From positions 1-32,028 of the forward strand of contig LT642219.1 in NCBI GenBank assembly GCA_900128585.1: a stretch of DNA of 32,028 bases. The letters are read 5' to 3'. The translations under genes were made by a program, and so were the position numbers. The DNA comes from Stramenopiles sp. TOSAG23-3 (Eukaryota). This document shows, one piece after another, positions 1 to 10,282 of the stretch. Below the pieces are notes generated by a model, which saw nothing but the letters and a program-made list of their open reading frames with translations, made no database searches and was not told where the DNA came from. Each line of letters opens with the position of its first letter. The stretch's first letter is position 1.

Positions 1-220
1 AGGAGGAGGAGGAGGGAGTGGTCATTACGAGGTGACGAAGAAGAAAAGAAATTGAAAATTCCTCTCTTAGTCTCATATGGTCACGCTTTGAGAAGAAGCC
101 GGAAAATATAGAATCCAGTAATTCGCATTGAAAAATAAGGCCTTTTGGTTAAATATCTTGGCAGTGTCAAAGGATTCCTTTTGTTCTTCTGGCTGATTGG
201 GTAAGAATTATTTGGGGGAA

Positions 221-1413
221 ATGCCGCAACCCATGTTACTTGTAGCATCTACCGCCGCCGCAATCTTTCTCTTGGCAAGACGAGTATCTGCAAAGAAAAA
301 ACATCCCGTCGCAATAGTAGCGGCAGAAACGCATACAAGTACGAGGGGGTTGGGAGTGGCGAAGGTTCCTGTGACTGTCCTTGGTATGGGTGGAGCAAGT
401 ATCGGTGACATGTACGTGAAAATTAGCAATGCGCAAGCAGTACAGACTTTGGAAGCAGCCCACGCGCACGGCGTTACTTTTTTCGACACGTCACCCTGGT
501 ATGGCGTTGGTCTATCTGAGGCAAGGTTTGGGATTGCCCTTCACTCCGTCCCTCGCACTCCGATGGGGTGAATGGAACCAAGCTGGGATGGATCGGTGGG
601 TTTCATTTTGGAATCCGTTTTGATTATTCGAAAGAAGGATTCCAGCGTCAACTTGAAGATTCCTTGCAACGCACCGGGTTAGGCCGAATCGATTCCGTCG
701 TCATTCACGATTTGGAGCCAACTCCCAGGAACGGAACTCAGGAGGAAAAGATTGAATTAGCAATGCAAGATTTAAGAGTCCTGGAGAAATCGGGGTATGA
801 CTATTTGGTTGCGCAGCGCGCCGCTGGTAAGATTTTAACGTTCGGGGCAGGTGTGAATAGCAACGAAGACGGTGAAGACCTTCGACTGAAGCGTGAATAC
901 AATAAAATGTACGTCAACAAATTGGTGGAGCTTCACAAGACGCGTGGCGAAATCGATTTTCTGTTGCTTGCAAACATGTGGTCCCTTTTGAATTTTGAAG
1001 CATTCGAAGATGGAATCTTACAATTGTGCTCGAAAAATGGCATTTCTGTCGTTGTCGGCGGTCCGTACTCCAGCGGAATCCTTGCAACCGGCGCAGACCC
1101 CGAGCATGGCGGGGTCCCCTACTACAATTACATGCCAGCGGACAATACAGTACGGGAACGGTGCCGTCGGGTCGAACAAGTGTGCAAACGGTTTGGGGTT
1201 CCCTTGATTGCTGCTGCCATACAGTTTCCTTTGCTCCACCCGTCTGTGTGTAGTGTCATTCCAGGTGGAAAAAGTAAATGGGAGGTCGATAGCAATGTTA
1301 AGAATATGAACTTCCCGATACCGCTGGCATTGTGGTATGCTTTAAGGAACGAAGGCCTTCTGCCGTTGAGTTTAAAGTTACCTCCAATGCCCCGACGACG
1401 AAGAAATGAGTAA
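221..1413 (+). CDS. Aldo-keto reductase (D-threo-aldose/L-fucose dehydrogenase-like); frame broken near 555-565 (assembly deletion or pseudogene)
   Basis: ORF 197-571 has AKR N-terminal motifs (LGMGGASIG, FFDTSPWYGVGLSEARFG). ORF 568-1413 continues with FDYS..LEDSLQRTGL.RIDSVVIHD, GGPYSSGILA, AAAIQFPL.HP.V.SVIPG. The expected 'F.LSTKVGR' segment between them is absent. First ATG at 221. Confidence 0.85.
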
Positions 1414-1772
1414 GGTATTAACATTAATTCATCAAGAGAAGAGCGCTCATCTTTCATGCTGTGCAACGTATTATATGGTAGGTACCGTAGTATAATAATG
1501 GATGACAACAATAATAAATATATTGTTGTTGTTGTGAATAGAGTATTATATGGTGGTATGGGAGGAGATAGGTCACAATTCTTCTTCCTTTATTTCTGCA
1601 TGTTCCTGGGTATTTGTTCGTTTAGACTAGCTCGTCCTGTTAAATTTTGAGAGTCGTATGTAATCTATAACCATGGGGAAGGCAATGTATAACGGAATAG
1701 AAGTCGTTCGTCTACTTTGTCAAAGGCAAATATTTTTGCTTCCTTTCTAGGTAACCTTTGGGGCGCTATAGC

Positions 1773-2987
1773 ATGGCAGGGGTGGGTAGCTCTGCCGCGG
1801 CGGCAAAACGGGTCGTGGTCGGACTCACGGGAGGTATCGCCGCTGGGAAATCGACGATTGCTAAAATAATGAAATCATTCGGGGCAACAGTAATTGATGC
1901 AGACAAAATTGGCCATCAGGTCTACGAGCCAGGGACAAAGTGTTTGGCGGATGTCGTTGACCAATTTGGGCCTAGTGTAATAAACCCAGCCGACGGTTCG
2001 CTAAACCGGCGTGTCCTCGGCGACATTGTTTTCAACCCGGAAGAGCCTGAAAACCTGAAGCGGTTGAATAGTATCGTCTGGCCACACATCGAAGAGAGCA
2101 TATGTCGTCGAATAGACGAGCATAAGTCTGGTGTGCTTGTTGTCGAGGCTGCTGTGATGGTGGAAGCCGGCTGGGCTACCAAGTCAAACGACAACCCATA
2201 CGATGAACTGTGGGTTGCGTGGGTTGACGTGAAGACCGCCAAGGTGCGCCTGATGGAACGGAACGGTTTCAGTGAAGACGAGGCCATGAAACGTATAAAC
2301 TCTCAAATATCAAACGAAGAGCGACTCCAACATGCACAAGTTAGTGTCGAAACAAAGTACGAATCGTTAGACGGTTTGAAGCGCCGCGTTGCTGCAGAGT
2401 GGACGGGGCTCGTCGACCGGCACGGTTTGAAAGCGTTGTCGGCCTCCGAAATGGTCGCTGTGGTAGATGAACAAAACAATGTGATAGGGGAGGCGCTGCG
2501 GGAGAAGGTCCGAGGAGAAAACTTGCGGCACCGGGCGACGTATATTTTCGTGCGTCATACGGACTCGAAGCAATTGTACGTCCAAGAACGGACCCTTCTT
2601 AAGGACTACTGCCCCGGCTACCTCGACCCCGTCACGGGGGGGGTTGTTGCCGCGAATGAGACTTACGAAGAAAATGCAAAGCGAGAAATTGAGGAAGAGT
2701 TGGGCCTTACCGGTGATTCTGTGTCCTCCATGAGCCACATGTTTACGTTTTATCACGAGGACCCGGCCGCAAAGGTTTGGGGGGATGCTTGGCTGTGCGA
2801 GACAAACGTGCCTGTAGAAGATATGGTTTTGCAACCGGAGGAAGTGCAGAGTGTCCGGCTCATGTCCGTCGAGGAGATTCTCCAAATGGGCCAGTCCCCT
2901 AGTGGCGCAACAGTTCCGGGCGAGCGTATCACACCAGACGGGTTGGAAGCGGTCAAACGGTATGTAGAATTTTTGGGAAAACAGTAA
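1773..2987 (+). CDS. Dephospho-CoA kinase (CoaE) fused to a C-terminal Nudix hydrolase (YfcD/IDI-like)
   Basis: N-terminal GLTGGIAAGKST P-loop, IDAD.IGH..Y, NRRVLG.IVF, LN.IVWP, RLMERN..S..EA..RI.SQ. C-terminal complete Nudix box GGVVAANETYEENAKREIEEELGL preceded by LRHRATYIFV and QERT..KDYCPGYLD. First ATG at 1773. Confidence 0.92.
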   Translation: MAGVGSSAAAAKRVVVGLTGGIAAGKSTIAKIMKSFGATVIDADKIGHQVYEPGTKCLADVVDQFGPSVINPADGSLNRRVLGDIVFNPEEPENLKRLNSIVWPHIEESICRRIDEHKSGVLVVEAAVMVEAGWATKSNDNPYDELWVAWVDVKTAKVRLMERNGFSEDEAMKRINSQISNEERLQHAQVSVETKYESLDGLKRRVAAEWTGLVDRHGLKALSASEMVAVVDEQNNVIGEALREKVRGENLRHRATYIFVRHTDSKQLYVQERTLLKDYCPGYLDPVTGGVVAANETYEENAKREIEEELGLTGDSVSSMSHMFTFYHEDPAAKVWGDAWLCETNVPVEDMVLQPEEVQSVRLMSVEEILQMGQSPSGATVPGERITPDGLEAVKRYVEFLGKQ

Positions 2988-3686
2988 GTCTCCTTTTGAT
3001 GTTTAACAAAGGTTAAACCAGTCCCAAAATAATGTACAGTACAGGCCAAACTTTAGTGAAGTAAGAGGGTCTTCCTTCACTATTAAATCATCTCATTATA
3101 ATATATTTAGACTACTTGTAATAGCACTATTAATTGTTTATATACTCCTATTGGAATTTTGTTCTTGTTGTCCTTTTATTATATATTTTCGTAATAAATA
3201 AACACACCGCTGTGCTTAGTCTATTTTATTATATTAATACCAAGGTGTGGTACGAGGACTTGAAGAAGAAGAATTTTTTATTATTATTTTATTATTATAA
3301 AAATTTCATTTCTTCTATTAATATTAATACAGTAGTAATAAAAAAAAATAAAAAAGTAGTTTTTTTTTTTGAAAACAACTACTATTACTGTGTATAGACT
3401 AATATTATAAAATATAATATCTAAATAGCAGTCAACAACAAAAAGAAGAAAGAAGAGAAAAAAAAATCAATTTTTTTTAAATAAAGAAGACGAGAATGGA
3501 ACATTCAGAAACGACTAATCCTCGTATAATATAGTGTCTATGTATATACAAATATATAAAAAGAATACAGAAGGAAAAAGTTATCCCACACGTAATTTCC
3601 TTGCAGGTTGAAAGTATAAGCAGAGACGAAATAATTGCCCAGGCATAGAAGTATATTTAGGACAAATTTAGTTAGTAATTGGTAGA

Positions 3687-4016
3687 ATGGATTCGTCGGG
3701 TGACGAACTCGACGATCTGGAAGCGATGAAGTGGTCGAAAAGAGAAACTTGAAAATGGTATTAAGGAGACCCTAGAGTTCGAAGAAGCTCTTCAAGATTT
3801 GAACATGAAAGACAAACTAGGAGGTGCTAGCGTAGGCAGAAAATCGTCGGGTGCAGGGCAGAAGCGGACCCAAAAGAAAAAATAGGTTTCCGGGTTTTGT
3901 ACAAAAAATATATTTGGGGCTTTGGAGCCGACACATGGAGGGTGCTCATTGGCGCCCTCAGGAGACCAGGAGGGAACCGTGAGGCTGCGTATGCTGTAAA
4001 AAGGACAGAATGTTAA
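3687..4016 (+). pseudogene. Short coding-like fragment spread over several frames (possible decayed gene)
   Basis: GC-richer island in an AT-rich spacer. ATG 3687 MDSSGDELDDLEAM..., then other frames give LEFEEALQDLNMKDKLGG... and ...GFRVLYKKYIWGFGADTW...; no continuous ORF. Confidence 0.3.
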
Positions 4017-4071
4017 AAATTATAAGAATTACTTCGTATACGTATACGTATACCTTATCGTACAGCGCAGT

Positions 4072-5958
4072 TCAAGCACTTAGCTTTCCTTCCAATTCCG
4101 CAATTTTCTTCTTGTGAAGCATTTGTTGCTTCTTCGCCAACTGGGCGATTTCTTTCATTTCCTTCTTCTGTGCCTTCGTCTTCTTCTTCAGGCTATCACG
4201 CTCCGCAGTCAATTCTTCCACCTGTTCCATCAGCTCGCTTATCTTTCCTTGTAAATCCTCTATTTGTTCTTTCCCGCCTTGGTTTCTCGAATCGTGGTCT
4301 ACCGTTTGCTTCTTCAAAGTTGCCTCGAGCTCGCTCTTTGCCTGGACAGTCTTCTTGAGTTGCTCCTCTTTGTCGGCGACCTCTTGCGTCAGTTCCTTGA
4401 TTTGGCGCTCAAACTTTTCTTTGTCTTGGGACAGTACAGACAGCGAGTTTTGGGAGGTGTCGTGCTGGTTTTTTCTCTCTTCCGCGTGTGCCTCTTGAAT
4501 TTTTTCCAACTGACTCTTGTAAAAGCCGCTCTTTTCGACTTCGGATTGCGCTTGGCCTCGTAAATTCTCGCAGTCCTTCTCCAATTCAACGTTGTGCTTC
4601 TCTACCTCTAATTTCTCGGCGGTGAGTGCGGCAAGTTGGCTGTGCAATTTATTGATCTTTTCGGACGTCTCGTCCGATTTTCTTTGCATCTGCCGCGTAC
4701 TTTCTTCCAGTTCCATCGAACGTTTTTTCTCCTCTTCCAATTTTTGCTGCGCGCCTAGCGTCAGGTCCTTGTTCGTCGAGATCTGCAGCTTTTTCTCGTC
4801 CTGAAGGGTGGCTATTTCCTTTTCCAAGGACTTTATCTTGTTGTTGTATTCGCTTAGTTTCAGTTGGTACTGGTTCTGCTGCCTCATGTCGTCTTCGGAC
4901 CGCTTTGCTCCAGTTTCCTTGGTGGCCTTTAGCTCCTCCCTGTACCGGTTGCATTCTTCGGTCAAGCGAATGACGTTTTTGTTTGCACTGCTGAGTTGAT
5001 CATTAAGGATTCCCATTTCGTCCTCGTTGTCGCTCAGGCTCTGCTTCAAGTTATCCCTTTCGGCCTTCACGGGCTTCAAATCCGATAACTTCCGGTTGAG
5101 CTCTTCGTTGTCGGCCCTCCGATGGAGTAGTGTTTTATTTAACACGTTAATTTCTCCCTTCAGATGGCTAACTTGGTCCATGAATTCCATAATGCGCGCT
5201 TCATGGTTCTTCCTCGCGGAATCTGGCGCGTCCGTCCGGTCCGTGTCCGACACTTTGCTCTCGAACGCGCCGCCCGGGTTGTTCTTCGCTTGTTCAGCGA
5301 CCTCAGCATTGTACTTTCTCTTCCAGTAGTCTACTTTCTTCTCATACTTGTCCTTCTCCTTCAGCTTCTCTTTTTTGAACTTCTTAAGCTCTTCAACCAA
5401 CTCTTCCCGAGTCTTTGGACGGAACCGTTTCGGCCCACCGATCGTCTGTTTGATGATTTCCGTGTTCACATTTGTTATGTTCTCCTCGACGTCGAGCGCC
5501 CAGCCCCCAGCGGGCCCCCAGCGCTCCGCGAGCATGCGCTTCAAAACGTCCGCCTTCAGCTCAGAATCCTTCAGCTGGGACTTCAGGCCCTGAATTTGGC
5601 GAGACCGATTGTTGTCCGTGTTTTGGGCCTGCAGTTTCTTTATCTCCAGCCTGTACTTTTCGATGCTCTTCTGCAGGGAACGGCTCTTCTCGCGATGCAA
5701 GTTCTCCATCGCAATAAGCTTCTGGTCCGTGTTTTCCTGATCGAAGAGGCCGACGTTCATCGCATCAGTCTTCTTCTTCTTTCCGATCTCGCGCTTATGC
5801 TCGCGCTTCAACCGGGCGATTTCCTTTCTCAACGATAACGTTTCCTCATCCAATGTCGCCCTAAACTCGGATCTTAGCGTTTTCTCCAACGCTTCAAGCT
5901 TCTTCTTCGACGCCGAGGTCTTGCTGCGAGCGGAAAGCGATTTTTTGCTGCTGCTCAT
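4072..5958 (-). CDS. Long coiled-coil protein of unknown function
   Basis: About 628 aa from ATG 5958, E/K/Q/L-rich heptad pattern throughout, with a short non-coil segment (IGGPKRFRPKTREEL). Confidence 0.85.
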   Translation of the reverse strand: MSSSKKSLSARSKTSASKKKLEALEKTLRSEFRATLDEETLSLRKEIARLKREHKREIGKKKKTDAMNVGLFDQENTDQKLIAMENLHREKSRSLQKSIEKYRLEIKKLQAQNTDNNRSRQIQGLKSQLKDSELKADVLKRMLAERWGPAGGWALDVEENITNVNTEIIKQTIGGPKRFRPKTREELVEELKKFKKEKLKEKDKYEKKVDYWKRKYNAEVAEQAKNNPGGAFESKVSDTDRTDAPDSARKNHEARIMEFMDQVSHLKGEINVLNKTLLHRRADNEELNRKLSDLKPVKAERDNLKQSLSDNEDEMGILNDQLSSANKNVIRLTEECNRYREELKATKETGAKRSEDDMRQQNQYQLKLSEYNNKIKSLEKEIATLQDEKKLQISTNKDLTLGAQQKLEEEKKRSMELEESTRQMQRKSDETSEKINKLHSQLAALTAEKLEVEKHNVELEKDCENLRGQAQSEVEKSGFYKSQLEKIQEAHAEERKNQHDTSQNSLSVLSQDKEKFERQIKELTQEVADKEEQLKKTVQAKSELEATLKKQTVDHDSRNQGGKEQIEDLQGKISELMEQVEELTAERDSLKKKTKAQKKEMKEIAQLAKKQQMLHKKKIAELEGKLSA

Positions 5959-6330
5959 TGTAGAAGCCAACCGTTGTGCCCGTTTCAAATATGCAACTGC
6001 AAATACAAATTTTGATTTTCTTGTAAATTTTAGTCTACGCAAGAATTATCTCTATGTATGTTTATTAAACACGTTTGTACGTTGAATATATTTCTTTATT
6101 TGTTTGTTTTAAAGGAAGAATGTTTCACACAACTATTAAACTTTACACGGGTGGATCGGTAGGGGTGGTGGTGGTTCTGTATACGTCCTCCGCCGTGTAT
6201 TATTCATAATGCAATACCATGTAATGTATTATTATACCGGTCGGTGGAAAAAACGGAAGAGAAAATAATATTTTATTATTCAATGCTATTTTTATATATA
6301 ATAATAATAATGGGAAGAATGAATGTTAAA

Positions 6331-6368
6331 ATTGAATTGAATTGTAAATTGAATTGAATTGAATTGAA
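6331..6368. repeat. (ATTGA)n pentanucleotide microsatellite, degenerate
   Basis: attgaattgaattgtaaattgaattgaattgaattgaa. Confidence 0.7.
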
Positions 6369-7464
6369 ATTTATTATTATTTTTAACTATAAAAAAATAA
6401 AAATATTTAACATCAACATAGCATTGATAAGTACACTTAAAAGGAAAGAAGAAAAAAAAACGGTAGAAGTTGGAAAAAAGTCATATCCGTCCTATATAAT
6501 ACGTATTTAGTATACATAAATGTCAAATATTCAAGTACGGTACAGTATAGTACCATATAGAGCTTGTACAGAGACCATGAAGGCCATCCATTGTCATTGT
6601 ACAGTACAGTCTTATTGCTTTTGTACATTATTAGCTTCTACCTTCTACGTATAGAATAAAGATGATAGAAAGATAGAAAGAGAAAGACTTTTTTTCATTA
6701 ACTTTTGTGGAAAAAATAACGTTTTTTGATTCCTTTACTTACTATTACTATGTAATTAATTTTACTGATTACATAAAAGTGGATAAAATTATTGGCGAGA
6801 AGAAGAACCAACCGAACGAGGAACGATGAACGAGGAGACAAGGAGGAGGAAAGAGAACTCAATTCGATTACGTAGCGCTATATAACCAAACCTTTTTTAA
6901 AAGATATGCTGTGGTACTGTATGTATTTTATTTGTTCTATATACTAATTTTCTAATAAGTACTGTCCATTCCTTTATCCCTGGTATTCGACTGAGGACTG
7001 AGGAGTGAGGTTGTTGAGATTGCCTTGCTCCACTTGCCTCCTTTTAATGATGGCCTTTGTGTTTGTATTAATACTTACTACACGGTACGTAGTAATAATA
7101 AATGTCCTCGTAGTTGTTTATTACGAGTATACTATATTATTATAGGTTCAACGATGGACAGAGTGAGGGAGGGAGGGAGGAGATGCAAGACGCACCAAGG
7201 TACAAAAAACAAAAAGAGACCGAATACCACGAAATAATAATAAAAATAACAACGCTGTCTTTTTACTTTTCAACTACATGAATACAAAAGAAAGTTTGAA
7301 ATTTCAAAGAACCAGACCCGTATGATTGGATTAAGTTTACACAGAGTAATCTAGAAATAACTTTCCATCTGCGTACTGAGTACTAAACGTATTCCATCTT
7401 GTGATCGGGTGCGTTCTCCTCTCGTGAAATACTCCTGTGAAGCTAAACAAGAAGACCAATTGCA

Positions 7465-10026
7465 ATGGCAGCGTCGGGCGCCAGCGGTGGTGGCGTGAGC
7501 GGTAGTTTGCTGCGGTGGATAAACACTTACGGACACAATGTACAGTCAACAGAACAGCTCGAAGACGGCAAAGTGTTCTTGCAAATTTTGAACGAATCGC
7601 ACCTTCGACTCCACTCCACGTCTTACGTGGAGCAGGGCTCGGGGTCGTTTGAAAAGATTTTTAAGGTCCTGTCGAAGGCGTTGGGTTTTCCGGCGGACGA
7701 AATCAGAAACACAGCGGAGAAGCACTCGCTGAGCACGGCACAACTAGTCCTCGGGGCAGTCTTGCGCAGCGAAGGCAAACAGAAATGCATTCAACAAATT
7801 ATGGTCCTAGCAGAAAACGACCAAGCGGACCTTATGAGTAGCATTCAAGAAGTTATGCAACTGTTCCCGGAAGAGTCCGATGGACTCGGGGACTCCTCCC
7901 TAAACGACTCTCGACTCAGTGCAAAGAGCAGCATATTTTCACCGGCCCAGAACAGCGTGGGCGCCGCCACCCCTGCCTCCGTGTTCAGCATCACCAGCAT
8001 AACTTCCAGTTCGAGCAGCGAAAGAACCCCGTTGGAAAAAATTCAAGCTCGAAGGTACAAGCGCGAGAACGAGGCTCTCAGGGATGAAAATGACGCCATG
8101 AAGAAACAAATTGAAGAGCTAAAAGACGCCAATGCGGATCTCACGAAACAGCAGAAAGCGACCCTTGCCGACCAGGAGAGGGTGCGAACGCGCTGGGAAA
8201 TGAAGTTTGCCAGCTTTGAAGACGATTTCAGGGAGTCCAGCTTACAGCAAGACGAAGAACGGAATAGGCTTGCGCAGGAGCTTGACGCTTCCAAGCAGTG
8301 CAGCAAAGAAATGAGCGAGACCATTACTACACTTCGCGACGAACTTGAGTGCTCCAAAGTGGCCGCGGAGAAGGCTGGCAAAGCAGAACTCGCACTGACC
8401 AAGTGCAAGAAAAAACTTGAAGAAGCGGGAGATTACCGTGCCCAGATCAAGAAGATGGAAGAGAATTTGAAAAGCCTGCTCGCCCGTGCTACCAGAGCTG
8501 AGAAAAAATGTGACGGGATTCCCTCCCTGAAAGAGCAGGTAGGTGAGTACCAGAGGGAGCTGACAAACGCGGAAGTGCGTCTGAGCGAACTGAATGCGAC
8601 AATCAAGCAACGGGACATAATCATTGCCACCCTTCGAACGAAGAACGGAGAGTTGGAGAAAGAACACACGGAAAATGTAATCATGAAAGTCCAAGACATT
8701 GAAATGGAAAGCAACGCTGTCGCTGCGGATAGCAGCGGGGGGGAAACGTCAGCAACCATGGCGGAACTGAACCCGGACATCTTGGAACGCATAAAAGTCC
8801 TGGAAGAGACCAACAAGGAGCTGCAAGAGACATGCGACGCCGCTGACACGGACCAATTGCAGGAACTGCGGAAAAAGTGTGAAGACATGACTCGACTGAA
8901 GTCGTCGTTTGAGGAAAAGTACCATGAAAAGTCTCATGACGTTGTGTCGCTTGAGGAAAAGTTAGAATCCTCCGATTCCCACGCTGCGCAATTGGACTTT
9001 CAAATTAAAGACCTGAGGGAGGAAGTTCAAAGCTTGAAAGCTAATCTTGAGTCTTCGACCGAAATGCACATGCAGGCCCTCGACGATGCCATGTTTGAGC
9101 AAGAAATAGAAGAAGAGCGGGGCCTAGCCCGTCTCAACGACCTTGAGAGCCGGTACGCTCGCTACTGTGACCTTCATAACACATCGGACGATGTGTACCA
9201 GAAGAAAATATCAAAGATGAAAGAGCAGGCAAGCGCGTTGAGGGTGTCGTTGGCCGAGCACGAAACGCGGCTCTTCACGGAAAGAACGGAGAGCGAGGCA
9301 AAAATAGCGTCCATGATGGCTGAAATAAACACTGTTCGTGCTGAATACGAAAAGTACCAAGGCTACTACAAGAAAGGGAAACCAGCGTATGAAAAACTGA
9401 AGAAAAAGCTGGCCAAGTACGAAAATATGCTGAAAAGGGGAAAAGTTGCCCTTGACAATGCGTCCAAAAAATGTGAAATTGAGGTCAAAGCGAGGCAATA
9501 TGCTGATGACGTGCGGGATGCCATGAAGAATGAGAACAATAATCTAAAGAAAGAAGTCACTGGTTTGTTGGAAGAACTTCACCAACCTGGGAGTAAAATG
9601 GCCAAGTTGAGAAGCGAATTGCAGACCGTCTCCATGCTCAAGGATGCAATCGGGCGGGAGTTAGAAGAAGTCAAGGGGAAGATGAAAGCCTTGGAGGGGG
9701 AAAATCGGGAACTGAAAGCCAATAGTACGCACCTTCGGTTGAAGCTGGAACGTCTCTCTGCCCTGGATAGTAAGTCCCCCTCGGCGATGAGGCGGAACCA
9801 CTCGCCCAGGCTGGTTCCCACTTCACCCGTTCGAACTCCCAGTGGTAAAGAAAACAATGTAAGGCTTTCGTCGAGGCGCAGCGACAAAGTAGGCGGCGCT
9901 CGACGCGTAACAGTAGGCAGTGAGCAGAAAGGTTTAAGACGCAGCAGCCAAGAGAACAGGGAAAAGGATGTGGTGGTGGAAGGCATTGAAGCCCAAGATC
10001 AACCTTCGCAGTGCCAACAGCAATAA
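7465..10026 (+). CDS. Hook-family dynein adaptor (Hook/CH-like domain + long coiled coil), ending in CaaX
   Basis: N-terminal SLLRWINTY..LEDG..F.QIL and QLVLGAVL....KQ..IQQIM.L....QADLM..IQEVM match the Hook domain. LRDELE..K and TMAELNPDILERIK.LEE.N match Hook coiled-coil/Spindly-motif regions. Ends CQQQ-stop. Confidence 0.85.
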   Translation: MAASGASGGGVSGSLLRWINTYGHNVQSTEQLEDGKVFLQILNESHLRLHSTSYVEQGSGSFEKIFKVLSKALGFPADEIRNTAEKHSLSTAQLVLGAVLRSEGKQKCIQQIMVLAENDQADLMSSIQEVMQLFPEESDGLGDSSLNDSRLSAKSSIFSPAQNSVGAATPASVFSITSITSSSSSERTPLEKIQARRYKRENEALRDENDAMKKQIEELKDANADLTKQQKATLADQERVRTRWEMKFASFEDDFRESSLQQDEERNRLAQELDASKQCSKEMSETITTLRDELECSKVAAEKAGKAELALTKCKKKLEEAGDYRAQIKKMEENLKSLLARATRAEKKCDGIPSLKEQVGEYQRELTNAEVRLSELNATIKQRDIIIATLRTKNGELEKEHTENVIMKVQDIEMESNAVAADSSGGETSATMAELNPDILERIKVLEETNKELQETCDAADTDQLQELRKKCEDMTRLKSSFEEKYHEKSHDVVSLEEKLESSDSHAAQLDFQIKDLREEVQSLKANLESSTEMHMQALDDAMFEQEIEEERGLARLNDLESRYARYCDLHNTSDDVYQKKISKMKEQASALRVSLAEHETRLFTERTESEAKIASMMAEINTVRAEYEKYQGYYKKGKPAYEKLKKKLAKYENMLKRGKVALDNASKKCEIEVKARQYADDVRDAMKNENNNLKKEVTGLLEELHQPGSKMAKLRSELQTVSMLKDAIGRELEEVKGKMKALEGENRELKANSTHLRLKLERLSALDSKSPSAMRRNHSPRLVPTSPVRTPSGKENNVRLSSRRSDKVGGARRVTVGSEQKGLRRSSQENREKDVVVEGIEAQDQPSQCQQQ

Positions 10027-10282
10027 AGCGTAAGATGTGTAAACTTTAAAACAAAATTAAGGCTGTTATTTGAGTAATTGAAATTTTCCTTATATGGTAA
10101 GTAAAATAATGTTCATTACACTCGGTTATCTCAGCTAGGAACTCTTATATCAGAAGTATAAAACTCGTAAGATGCTGTGTCTTCAATTCTCGCAGTTACT
10201 TCGTGCCTTATTTTGCTAGTAATCTTAAGAATTACTTCGTAGAATTCTGAGCTTAAACTTTCTCTCTCGAAAGAGTTAAGAA

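Noticed and set aside
3134-3397. 87-aa hydrophobic ORF
   Set aside because: AT-rich low-complexity spacer, non-ATG start, no motifs.
4170-5838. Numerous plus-strand ORFs up to 224 aa
   Set aside because: Antisense shadows of the coiled-coil gene; similar shadows lie opposite Hook, MIP, C69 (19220-20383) and the helicase (28957-29628).
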